Shown here in pieces: positions 22,023 to 31,164 of a stretch of DNA of 64,000 bases; the stretch's first letter is position 1; every line of letters starts with the position of its first letter. Both the position numbers and the translations under genes were made by a program. The notes beneath the pieces were generated by a model. It was not told the DNA's origin, did not search any database, and saw only the letters and a program-made list of their open reading frames with translations. Source of the DNA: an uncultured Flavobacteriaceae bacterium (GTDB lineage Bacteria > Bacteroidota > Bacteroidia > Flavobacteriales > Flavobacteriaceae); assembly GCA_947489085.1 (NCBI GenBank), contig CANLCJ010000007.1, positions 36,467 through 100,466 on the forward strand. The letters run 5' to 3'.

Positions 22023-22386
22023 AATCGATAGAATTAAATTTTATATACTCTTAAAAAGCCTTCAAAAAAAGGCGTATTTGGACTTTCCATAAAACTTATA
22101 AAAGGTAATGCTAGTCGAAAACGAAACGAGAGAGGTTAATGAGTTGCTGTTATTGAACCTCAGTAACTTTTATTGCTCCAAGTTTAATTTATCTCACCAA
22201 ATATTATCAACAAGATAATTGAAGCCTTTACGAGTTATGTTTCTTTTACGATTTAAAAAGATATATAGAGGGTTAATATCTTGTAAGCAGGTTTTTCTTT
22301 TTCAAAAGAGTTTATAGTTTAGTCGGTGTTTTAAGCCGTTGTAAAAACGACGATGTAGTAAAATTACGCAAAACAGTCTTTTACAG

Positions 22387-22403
22387 CATCCTGTTGTATC
22401 CTG
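22387..22403 (-). promoter_or_regulatory. Candidate operator (CAGGATA-caa-CAGGATG)
   Basis: Near-perfect direct repeat with 10-bp period, 365 nt upstream of the PL24 start. Confidence 0.55.
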
Positions 22404-22532
22404 ATAACTAAAGCAATAACGTTTTTCATTCTGAATTTAAATGGTAAAAAAACTATTTATTGAATAACTTTTAAATTAATTATAAGCTTCAACAAATAGT
22501 TTTTTCATTTAATTATGCAACGTTGCTAACAC

Positions 22533-24695
22533 TTACTCTATGACTAGTTTTTTATTAAATACTTTACCATCATTACTTACAATTTTAACTAAATATAGTC
22601 CTGACACTAAACTGTTAGAGCTATTTAAAATTAGGCTTTCGTCCGTAATTGATCCCGAGTAGACTGTTTTCCCCAATACATTTAAAATTTGCACACTTGC
22701 GCTTTGCATGCCATTTATTTTAATATTTACTTGTGTGTTAGCTGGGTTTGGATATATGTTTACCTCGGGGTTTACTGTGCTATTTTTGGTATCTGCTAGA
22801 GTTTTAGCAGATGTGCCAGTAGCTTCTAAAGTCCACTTGCTTCTATTTTCTGTATTAGTACTTAGTTGGATTAATTTATTACCATCGTTGATCTCATTAT
22901 ATATATAACGTCCTGTATCTTTTAGTTCTATTCTATAACTACCCACAGGGGAGGATAAACTATTAACACGCCATACTTTATCTACATCTGCTCTCGGGCC
23001 TGTTCTTTTGGTTCCAATAACATCGTTAGCTTTAGCTCTTAAAATACCACTTCCGTCTCCTGTTGTTCTGCTATCTATATTGTAATAATTACCCGATTTT
23101 ATAAACTGCCACTCTTTATCTACACCGCTATTTACGCTAGCCGCGACAATTGCATTACCTCCTACGGCGCGCAGATATCTTCCTGTTTCTATATTTTTTA
23201 TCTTATACCAAACTCCTGTTATGTTTTCTTCGATAGGTTCTGGTTCTGGCTCTTCTATTTCAGTGCCTTCTATATTAAATACAAAACAAAATACTTTTTG
23301 ACTATCTGTATGCCTATTACTTCTATTTTCTACTATAACTACCAAACTTCCATTGACAAGCCTTACTACAGAACTGCCCAAAACTTCTCCAGTTTCGTAA
23401 ACAAGATCGTTTCTATAATTAAACGTTCCTGCTTTAGTACTTTGTATGGTTATTTTACCAGAACTTTTCTGTATTGCAGTATGATATATTCTATCTCCAA
23501 ATGCTATCCCTGTTTTACTTTCTCCAACATGCCTTGTAAATTCTTTTTCTCCTGCTTTACGCACGTATGTATAATAATATTGCGTTGCGTTTTTACCCCT
23601 ACTTCTATAACTTAAATGGACATCGCCTTTATCGCTTACCGCTATAGATGGTCCGCTACTTGAGCCTTTACCATTCTTTGTTTCTGGCAAATCTATAAGA
23701 AACGGCGAATAGTCTTGTACAGGCAATCTATAATTAACACCTGCTGCTGCTTCATCGACATTTACACCTACAAAATTAGAGGTCATTGTTGGGCCACAGT
23801 TTGCAAGGTAGATGCCTTCGTTTAAAATATCATCTGGCTTTTTTCTTGCCCATCTTACCGAAAAACCGTAGTAAAGATTTCCTCCTGCTAAAACGGGAGC
23901 TGCTCCATAAGCATAGTTTCTGTCTACAACTTCTACGTGTGGTTTTCCAGATCCTCTAAGTACCATTTTAGATCGAGACCATGTGCTGGTTTTACCATTA
24001 TAAACATGTACCATTTCATTACCGCCCACAGCAGAACCCTTTCTGTAATTAAGTATAATATCTCCATCTGCATTCTCGGTAAGTTGAGGATAGGTAATGG
24101 TAATGTTTTCTCCATCTGCCAAGTAACCTCTTGTGGGTTTAAAATTGCCAATTTTAAAATCGCTGTTTTTAACAAAAGCGACTCCTGGTTTTGATACAAT
24201 GTACTTTAAAGGGTCGTTATGATGATCGTAAAAAATATGTATTGTTCCATCTGTTTTACTTACAGCTACGCTTATAGTATTGTGTGAGTCGCCCCAACCA
24301 TTTACTTTGGGGCCAATTAAAGTGTTTTTATGTGGCAATTGTACCGAAGTCCACGTTCCAGAACCTATTTTTTTACGAGAAATCATCAGGTCTCTATTTT
24401 TCATACCGCCTCTGTACCACCCAAAAAATATATAGCCATTAACTATAGTAAAACAATCGCCTCTAGGGCTTATACTAGGATTGTAATGATAAGCTTTAAC
24501 GGCAACACTATCTCTGGTTTTTGGATACCAAAAATATAAGCCTTGATTGGTTATGGTACTTCGCTCTTTAAAACTAACATTTTGTGAAACAGTTGTTTGA
24601 GTAAAAACAAAACCGAGTGCTATTGCGGCTGTTTTAAAAATTTTCGATACTTTAAATGTCTTAGTTTTCGACCTTAGTTTGATTAAATAGTTCAT
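22533..24695 (-). CDS. Divergent PL24-like BNR-repeat lyase + ricin-type module + T9SS CTD
   Basis: ISPRGDC, GDSHNTISVAVS..DGTIHIFYDHHN, ITYPQ, NYRKG; WYKIKNIETGRYL ricin module; IYPNPA..GLYLVKI..KLVIE. Confidence 0.7.
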   Translation of the reverse strand: MNYLIKLRSKTKTFKVSKIFKTAAIALGFVFTQTTVSQNVSFKERSTITNQGLYFWYPKTRDSVAVKAYHYNPSISPRGDCFTIVNGYIFFGWYRGGMKNRDLMISRKKIGSGTWTSVQLPHKNTLIGPKVNGWGDSHNTISVAVSKTDGTIHIFYDHHNDPLKYIVSKPGVAFVKNSDFKIGNFKPTRGYLADGENITITYPQLTENADGDIILNYRKGSAVGGNEMVHVYNGKTSTWSRSKMVLRGSGKPHVEVVDRNYAYGAAPVLAGGNLYYGFSVRWARKKPDDILNEGIYLANCGPTMTSNFVGVNVDEAAAGVNYRLPVQDYSPFLIDLPETKNGKGSSSGPSIAVSDKGDVHLSYRSRGKNATQYYYTYVRKAGEKEFTRHVGESKTGIAFGDRIYHTAIQKSSGKITIQSTKAGTFNYRNDLVYETGEVLGSSVVRLVNGSLVVIVENRSNRHTDSQKVFCFVFNIEGTEIEEPEPEPIEENITGVWYKIKNIETGRYLRAVGGNAIVAASVNSGVDKEWQFIKSGNYYNIDSRTTGDGSGILRAKANDVIGTKRTGPRADVDKVWRVNSLSSPVGSYRIELKDTGRYIYNEINDGNKLIQLSTNTENRSKWTLEATGTSAKTLADTKNSTVNPEVNIYPNPANTQVNIKINGMQSASVQILNVLGKTVYSGSITDESLILNSSNSLVSGLYLVKIVSNDGKVFNKKLVIE

Positions 24696-25197
24696 TGGTA
24701 TATTAAAAGTTTAGTTTATTAAGTTTCTATTCCAGTTAAAGAACAACACAGGTAATTCTATAAAGTACTAGCCTCGACAAATTCAATGTGTTGCAAATAC
24801 ATATGTTATGGAGTATTGTATTGCTTTTACGAGGATGTTAAAGCGGAATACTTTAGATATAGTTTCTTCATAAATTTGTTGGTTTATTTATTACACTTTA
24901 ATGGTGTAAATGGTATTATCAAATATAAGAAAAAACTTACTTAAAAAGAAGGTTTTCTATGTTAACTGAACTAATAATCAAATGTTACTTTATACCCGTA
25001 ACTAGATTGTGGTATTTAAGTAAATCGCATTTGTTCTCTCCTTTTATTTTGTTGAACATTCTGTGTACGGGGGTTGCAATTTGAACTCAAATTGTAAGCA
25101 GTGTACTCTTTTACGATAATCATTTATATTATTTATCGCTATAATTTACAGTGATAAAAATTTTACAACTTGTCGGGGGACAAGCTATTGCAATAAA

Positions 25198-25231
25198 AAA
25201 AGTCTCTTAGAAATACTTCTAAGAGACTTTT
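25198..25231 (-). terminator. Intrinsic terminator
   Basis: Perfect 15-bp stem aaaagtctcttagaa / ttctaagagactttt, 4-nt loop, U-tract on the - strand, 24 nt after the stop of 25255..27357. Confidence 0.85.
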
Positions 25232-25254
25232 ACTAAAATTTTAAAATTGTGCGC

Positions 25255-27357
25255 TTATTTAATAATAAGCTTAGTATTGTAGACGGTTTGATCTTGTCCA
25301 ATAACGTTAACCAAATACATACCTGTTGAAAACTTACGATCTCTGGCTATAGCTAAACGGTTATTTGTCATAGTTTTTGAATAAACAACTTTACCTAATA
25401 GATTTGAAATAACAACATTTGCGTTATCAAAACCTTGCAATGCAATAGTAAATCCGCTTGAAGCTGGATTTGGATATATACGTACACCGAGTTCGTCTTT
25501 TCTTGTTGCTATGGTTGCTTTTGAGGATGATTGAGATGATGCTACTGGCTCTATAATCCACTTGCTTCTGTCTCCTCTTTTAGTATTTAGTTTTATAACT
25601 TTATTAGAATCGTTTGTTTCGTTATAGATAAATCGTCCCGTATCTCTAAGCTCCAAACGGTACGTTCCTTGCGGTGAGGCAACTTCGTTAACGCGCCAAA
25701 CTTTATCTGTATCTGCATTAGGAGCTGCTCTTTGTGTACCTATAATATCAGACCCTCTAGCTCTTAGTACTCCACTTCCTGTAGATGTTGTTCTACTGTC
25801 TATATTATAATAATTACCTGTTTTTACAAAACGCCATTGTTTGTCGTTTCCAGATTGTACAGATGCTCCAATTATATTCTCCGAGTTTACAGAACGTAAA
25901 TATCTACCCGTCTCTAAATTCTTTATCCTGTACCATCCGTTTTCTAAATCGGCTACATTTCCAGATGAATTATTATTTCCTATAGATGCTGTCGTTGAAG
26001 AAGTTCCTAAATCGAACTCATAACAACGCGTTTCGTGCTTATCTGATTCTGCTCTTACATCTGTTATAATATATAATTTACCGTCTTGTATAAACTTTAC
26101 AAATTCCCCGAAATTATAAGGTGCTTTAATTTCAAGTTCTTTTGTTTGAGTAACTGAACCTGGCGCATTACTTCTAATAGTTATTGTGCCGTCTGGTGTA
26201 CCGTCTGTTACTCTACCTCTAACTGTAACGGAATAGAATTTATCGCCGTAAGCATCTGCATCTATATAAACTCCTGAATGCCTTGTAAATTCATTTTCAT
26301 CACGCTTTTTTGTATAGGTGTAAAAATATTTAGAGTCTCCTCCTCTTCCTCTATAGGCTACTTGCATATCTCCATTTTCTGTAACAGCAAATGCTGGAGA
26401 AGCGTTAGAGCCTCCATTATCTTTTGTGTCTGGATCGTCTAATAAAAAAGGAGAATAGTTGCGTATTGGCAGTCCTAACTCTTGGCTCGTATTACCAACA
26501 ATTCTTTTCCAATTCCCCGTCATTCTATTTCCAGCATCGGCAACATAAACGCCTTCATTTAAGGCATTATTATTATCCCATCTTACCGAGAATGCATAAT
26601 AGAATCTTCCATTTCCATAAGTAGGGGATCCATATGCATAGTTGTTTTGGTTTGCTGGTATTGGAGATTGGTACCCCTGTACCACTCGCTTGGACTTACT
26701 CCATCTCCCGTTGGCATACACATGCATAAATTCACTGCCTCCATGTGAGTTACCTCTTCTATAGTTTAAAATTAATTCGCCTAGATTGTTCTTATTAATT
26801 TCTGGATATGTAATAGTTAATCTTTCACTATCGGTTAATGTACTTCGTCTGCTTTCAAAATTACTTACCTTAAAATCTGCATTGCTAGCAAAAGCAATAT
26901 TCGATTTAGACACTATGTAGTTTAAAGGGTCGTTATGGTGATCGAATAGTATATGTATTTTACCATCGTCGTCACTAACTGCAACTGTTATTGTTTGGTG
27001 CGTATTACCAAAGATTCTAGGGCCATTTTTATCTCTGGGGTCTACAATTAATGTGTTCTTATTACTAAATTGTATTGTTTTCCACGAATTTTCCCCTATC
27101 TTTTTTCGAGATAACATTAGGTTACGCTGGTTCATCCCACCTTTGTACCAACCGTAAAATATATAACCGTTTGCAACCGTAAAACAATCGCCTCTTGGAC
27201 TTATTGTTGCTGCATATATATAGGCTTTTTGCCCGTCTGGATACCAATAATGTAAGCCTTCGTCTGTAATTTGCGTTTCTTTTATTAATGAAACTTGCCC
27301 AAAGGAAGATAGGGCGCATAGCAGGCATGCTATGGCCAAGACATAAATTCTTTTCAT
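25255..27357 (-). CDS. Divergent PL24-like BNR-repeat lyase + ricin-type module + T9SS CTD (paralogue of 22533..24695)
   Basis: ISPRGDC, GNTHQTITVAVS..DGKIHILFDHHN, ITYPE, NYRRG; WYRIKNLETGRYL; IYPNPA..GMYLVNV..KLIIK. Confidence 0.7.
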   Translation of the reverse strand: MKRIYVLAIACLLCALSSFGQVSLIKETQITDEGLHYWYPDGQKAYIYAATISPRGDCFTVANGYIFYGWYKGGMNQRNLMLSRKKIGENSWKTIQFSNKNTLIVDPRDKNGPRIFGNTHQTITVAVSDDDGKIHILFDHHNDPLNYIVSKSNIAFASNADFKVSNFESRRSTLTDSERLTITYPEINKNNLGELILNYRRGNSHGGSEFMHVYANGRWSKSKRVVQGYQSPIPANQNNYAYGSPTYGNGRFYYAFSVRWDNNNALNEGVYVADAGNRMTGNWKRIVGNTSQELGLPIRNYSPFLLDDPDTKDNGGSNASPAFAVTENGDMQVAYRGRGGDSKYFYTYTKKRDENEFTRHSGVYIDADAYGDKFYSVTVRGRVTDGTPDGTITIRSNAPGSVTQTKELEIKAPYNFGEFVKFIQDGKLYIITDVRAESDKHETRCYEFDLGTSSTTASIGNNNSSGNVADLENGWYRIKNLETGRYLRSVNSENIIGASVQSGNDKQWRFVKTGNYYNIDSRTTSTGSGVLRARGSDIIGTQRAAPNADTDKVWRVNEVASPQGTYRLELRDTGRFIYNETNDSNKVIKLNTKRGDRSKWIIEPVASSQSSSKATIATRKDELGVRIYPNPASSGFTIALQGFDNANVVISNLLGKVVYSKTMTNNRLAIARDRKFSTGMYLVNVIGQDQTVYNTKLIIK

Positions 27358-27449
27358 AATGTACTTTATTTAGTTAGTTTAGGTATTCTACTCTCAGAAT
27401 ATTTAAGAGTAGAATTCTGACAAAACTAACACTTACATTACGTGTTACC

Positions 27450-27466
27450 TATCCTGCTCTATCATG
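27450..27466 (-). promoter_or_regulatory. Candidate operator (CATGATA-gag-CAGGATA)
   Basis: 93 nt upstream of the start at 27357; a possible Bacteroidota -7 box (TAGTTTTG, 27421-27428) lies between site and start. Confidence 0.55.
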
Positions 27467-27884
27467 TAATTTTTAATACAAAAACGAATGTTTCTTGCAA
27501 TTATTTGATTTTAAATTAATTAGCTCAAACAATTAATTTTAAAAATGCTTATTTATTTTAGTTTTGGCTTTATTTGTCATTTTATTTTAAAAATGATTGT
27601 AAAAAAATGCTATAGTCTTAATTATTTTCAAAAAATTAAGTCATCTTATAATTGAGGTATTGAGCTAATTTTAATAAAAACCACCTTATAAAATCTTGCT
27701 TTTATGGTATGCTTATTATTGCTTAACAAATCATTTTCATTTCCCTATTTTAAGGCTACTTAGAATACCTTGATTTAAACAGAAAGACTATTTTGAGTTT
27801 TGCACTTTTAGATAATTGTAAAACTTTAAGCCTCTATATTACTGTGTTTTAATAGAAATTTGACACAGAGTGAAAAGTGCATAA

Positions 27885-27929
27885 AAAAATGACAGATCTC
27901 AGCTTTTAGTGCTGAGATCTGTCATTTTT
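27885..27929 (-). terminator. Intrinsic terminator after rhaM
   Basis: Perfect 19-bp stem aaaaatgacagatctcagc / gctgagatctgtcattttt, 7-nt loop. Confidence 0.85.
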
Positions 27930-27982
27930 AAAAGTGTATTATTGGTGTAGAATACTAATGTAGCTACTTTACTGTGATATTT

Positions 27983-28297
27983 TTATTCTAAATAGAAGAC
28001 TTCCTCTAAGGGTACAGAAACCGGAGAATTGTCAGCATTTACTTCCATGATATCTGCCATAAAATCCCACCATTTTTTAACAACTTCGTTATTGGCTAAA
28101 TCTTGAGATCCGCCCTCTCCTGACACTTTTTGAAAAGCAAATAATGTATGGGTTTCTTCATCTAAAAAAATAGAATACTCACTAACTCCACTTTCTTTTA
28201 ATAGTACTTTTAATTCAGGCCATAGCTCGTCATGTCGCTTCTTGTAAGCTTCTTTTTGGCCTTTATTTAGTTTCATCTTAAATGCTAATCTTTGCAT
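27983..28297 (-). CDS. rhaM: L-rhamnose mutarotase
   Basis: MQRLAFKMKL..YKKRHDELWPEL...YSIFLD...LFA...KKWWDFMADIM...PVSVPLEEVFYLE; 104 aa. Confidence 0.95.
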   Translation of the reverse strand: MQRLAFKMKLNKGQKEAYKKRHDELWPELKVLLKESGVSEYSIFLDEETHTLFAFQKVSGEGGSQDLANNEVVKKWWDFMADIMEVNADNSPVSVPLEEVFYLE

Positions 28298-28397
28298 GTG
28301 TATTGTTTTATTTTTTATGCAATATATTAATTCATTTTATATTTATAAATCATTAATATTTGATTTTTAAAGCATTCGGCTTTCTTTAAATGGTACT

Positions 28398-30593
28398 TTA
28401 TTTAACTTGCACTGTTAGCGTTGTTAATTTTGCGCCTAAATCTGTACTTCTTTTGCCTGGAGATGCATTCCCTATTGTTATTACAGCTTCGCCTTTGTGG
28501 CGTTTAGCTTCGCCTTTGCTGTTAAAATAATCGAAGGCATTTTCTGCTAAGGTAAATTGTATGGTTTTAGATTCCTTTGGTTTTAAACTTACCCGTTTAA
28601 AATCTTTCATAGAAGACAGTGGTACATTTTCTTCACTCCCCTTTAATGAGACATACAATTGAAAAACATCTTCTAAATTTGTATCTCCTGTATTGGTTAC
28701 TGTAACTTCTAACGGAGTTACTGTATTCTTTTTTATTTTGGTACTGGTTATTGTAATTGGAGATAGGTTTGAAGACGCATAAGACAGGCCAAAACCAAAA
28801 GGATACATTGGTTCTTTTTCCATGTATTTATACGTTCTCCCCTTCATATTGTAATCTGAATAGTCTGGAAGTTGATTCCTGTCTTTTGGGAATGTAATAG
28901 GAAGTTTACCAGATGGTGAAACGTCTCCAAAAATAACGTCGGCTACAGCATTTCCACCTTGTTCGCCAGGATACCAGGCATATATTACGGCATCTGCTAG
29001 TTTACTTACTTCTTGTAAATCTAACGGGCAGCCTGCAAATACAACTACTATTAATGGTTTTTTATGGTTACCTCGCATTCGCTTTAAATAGGCTAGTTGG
29101 TTTTCTGGCAATTCCATTGTAATATTATCACCTTTATTCGCAGAGCCTATTGCCTCGTTTTCTTCACCTTCCATTACTATGGTTAACCCTAAGCCTATTA
29201 TTGTTGCGTCTGCCTTAGAGGCCAAGTGGCTGTAATCGTCTCCATCGTTTTTATTGGGTTGATTTATCATAGCGCCTGCACGGTATTGTACGCGTGTAAT
29301 TGGAGATACTTTACCTACTATACCTTCTACTAAAGTTACCAAATTTTCGCCTAAACCATGGTAGTTCCCTATTAGCGTTCTTACATCTCCTGCTAGTGGC
29401 CCACTTATAAATAATTGTTTCGCATCTTTTTTTAATGGCAATACATTGTTAGAGTTCTTTAATAAAACGACTGATTTTTGCGCTACTTTACGCGTTAAAT
29501 CTATATGAGATTTGGACCTTACAACATCTAATCCAATATTAGCGTACGGATTAACTTCTGGCGCATCGAACATGCCTAATTTAAATCTGGTTTTTAAAAG
29601 TGGACGTAAACCATTATCTATATCTGTTTCTGTAATTAAACCTTGTTTTAAGGCGTTCCCTAATTTATGGTATGTATCTCCGCAATTAAGATTTGTACCG
29701 CTTTTTAGAGCTAGTGCGGCAGATGCTTCTGGACTGTCTGTTATTTTATGAGATTGATGGAAGTTACGTATGGCCCAACAATCGCTTAAAACATGGCCTT
29801 TAAATTGCCAATCTTGTCTTAAAATAGATTGTAATAATGTTGGACTGCCGCAGCAAGCCTCATCATTTGTTCTGTTATAAGCACACATTACAGCTTCTAC
29901 ACCTGCATCTACACAGGCCTTAAATGCTGGCAAATAGGTTTCTCTAAGGTCTTGCGGATTTACTATGGCATTAAAACTATGTCTACTGGCTTCTGGACCA
30001 CTGTGTACTGCATAATGTTTTGCACAGGCTGCTGTTTTTAAATATTTAGGATGGTTGCCTTGCATGCCTTTAATAAAAGAGGCACCTATTTGTCCTGAAA
30101 GAAAGGGATCTTCTCCATAGGTTTCTTGCCCTCTACCCCATCTTGGGTCTCTAAAAATATTTACGTTTGGACTCCAAAAGGAAAGCCCCATGTAACGAAT
30201 AAACTCTCCGTTATTTTTAACAAGGTGGTTGTTTACGGCTCTCGCTTCGTTAGATATGGCATCGCCCACTTGCTGTATCAAGTCTCTATCGAACGTTGCT
30301 GCTAACCCTATGGCTTGTGGAAATATTGTAGCTTTTGGGCCTCTAGCCACGCCATGAAGCGCTTCGTTCCACCAATCGTAAGATTTAATGTCGAATCTAT
30401 CTATAGCGCTGCTCGCATTTAGCAATTGGGAGATTTTTTCATCCACCGTTAAGCAATTTATTAGAAGCTCTACACGCTCATCAAAACTTAAGGTATTGTC
30501 TTTCCATGCTTTGGTGTCACAGCTACTTTGCGCACCTAAATTATAAACTATTAGGGTGATAAGTGTTAGGATTAATTTTTTTAGGTGTTTCAT
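28398..30593 (-). CDS. GH3 beta-xylosidase/glucosidase
   Basis: WWNEALHGVA, WSPNVNIFRDPRWGRGQETYGEDP, AKHYAVH, LSDCWA (nucleophile), WYPGEQGG. Confidence 0.95.
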   Translation of the reverse strand: MKHLKKLILTLITLIVYNLGAQSSCDTKAWKDNTLSFDERVELLINCLTVDEKISQLLNASSAIDRFDIKSYDWWNEALHGVARGPKATIFPQAIGLAATFDRDLIQQVGDAISNEARAVNNHLVKNNGEFIRYMGLSFWSPNVNIFRDPRWGRGQETYGEDPFLSGQIGASFIKGMQGNHPKYLKTAACAKHYAVHSGPEASRHSFNAIVNPQDLRETYLPAFKACVDAGVEAVMCAYNRTNDEACCGSPTLLQSILRQDWQFKGHVLSDCWAIRNFHQSHKITDSPEASAALALKSGTNLNCGDTYHKLGNALKQGLITETDIDNGLRPLLKTRFKLGMFDAPEVNPYANIGLDVVRSKSHIDLTRKVAQKSVVLLKNSNNVLPLKKDAKQLFISGPLAGDVRTLIGNYHGLGENLVTLVEGIVGKVSPITRVQYRAGAMINQPNKNDGDDYSHLASKADATIIGLGLTIVMEGEENEAIGSANKGDNITMELPENQLAYLKRMRGNHKKPLIVVVFAGCPLDLQEVSKLADAVIYAWYPGEQGGNAVADVIFGDVSPSGKLPITFPKDRNQLPDYSDYNMKGRTYKYMEKEPMYPFGFGLSYASSNLSPITITSTKIKKNTVTPLEVTVTNTGDTNLEDVFQLYVSLKGSEENVPLSSMKDFKRVSLKPKESKTIQFTLAENAFDYFNSKGEAKRHKGEAVITIGNASPGKRSTDLGAKLTTLTVQVK

Positions 30594-31052
30594 TTTTTTT
30601 GAATAAATATTTACTATTGTTTGTATATTCTGTAATCTTTTATTTTTAACAAGTATTAAAACTGGTAGCTATTTTAAAAATGATAATTCTCAATTTTCAC
30701 GAATAGACACATCTAAAAATATTTAAAATAAAAACTAAATATATGTTAAAAATCCAAATATACAAATGGTTTAAATCTAGGCTTGATATACACAACATGT
30801 GTTACAGATTTACAACATATTTACTGCCTATTAGGTTATAATACAAACTACGATAGTCTATTCTATGAGGTTTAAAAGCGAGATGGTAGACATGTATAAC
30901 ATATATCTTTTTTTAGAGTTTAATACTATTTGATATTTTATTATTTATTTCTAATTTCAATTTAGACCACTCTTACGGTTTCTAATAAATACATTTAACA
31001 TTTCCATCTCTAAAGCAACATATATACTTATGTTGCTTTTACAATACAAAAA

Positions 31053-31127
31053 AACCCAAATTAAAGGTATTACTCTACGACAACTTTATTGTTATCATAC
31101 TAATAAGTAATTTCTTTAATTTGGGTT
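31053..31127 (-). terminator. Long hairpin, probable terminator after the second GH3
   Basis: Inverted repeat aacccaaattaaag / ctttaatttgggtt with inner attact/agtaat pairing, followed by a U-tract on the - strand. Confidence 0.55.
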
Positions 31128-31164
31128 AGTAAAATGTAAATTAAAACATCTAAAATGCTTTAAT

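Noticed and set aside
22055-22075. Small aagcc/aggc hairpin upstream of the PL24 gene
   Set aside because: Stem too short to call a terminator or riboswitch.
22227-25120. TTTACGA repeats in the spacers upstream of the lyase genes
   Set aside because: AT-rich 7-mer with inconsistent spacing, absent from the other promoters; not distinguishable from chance.
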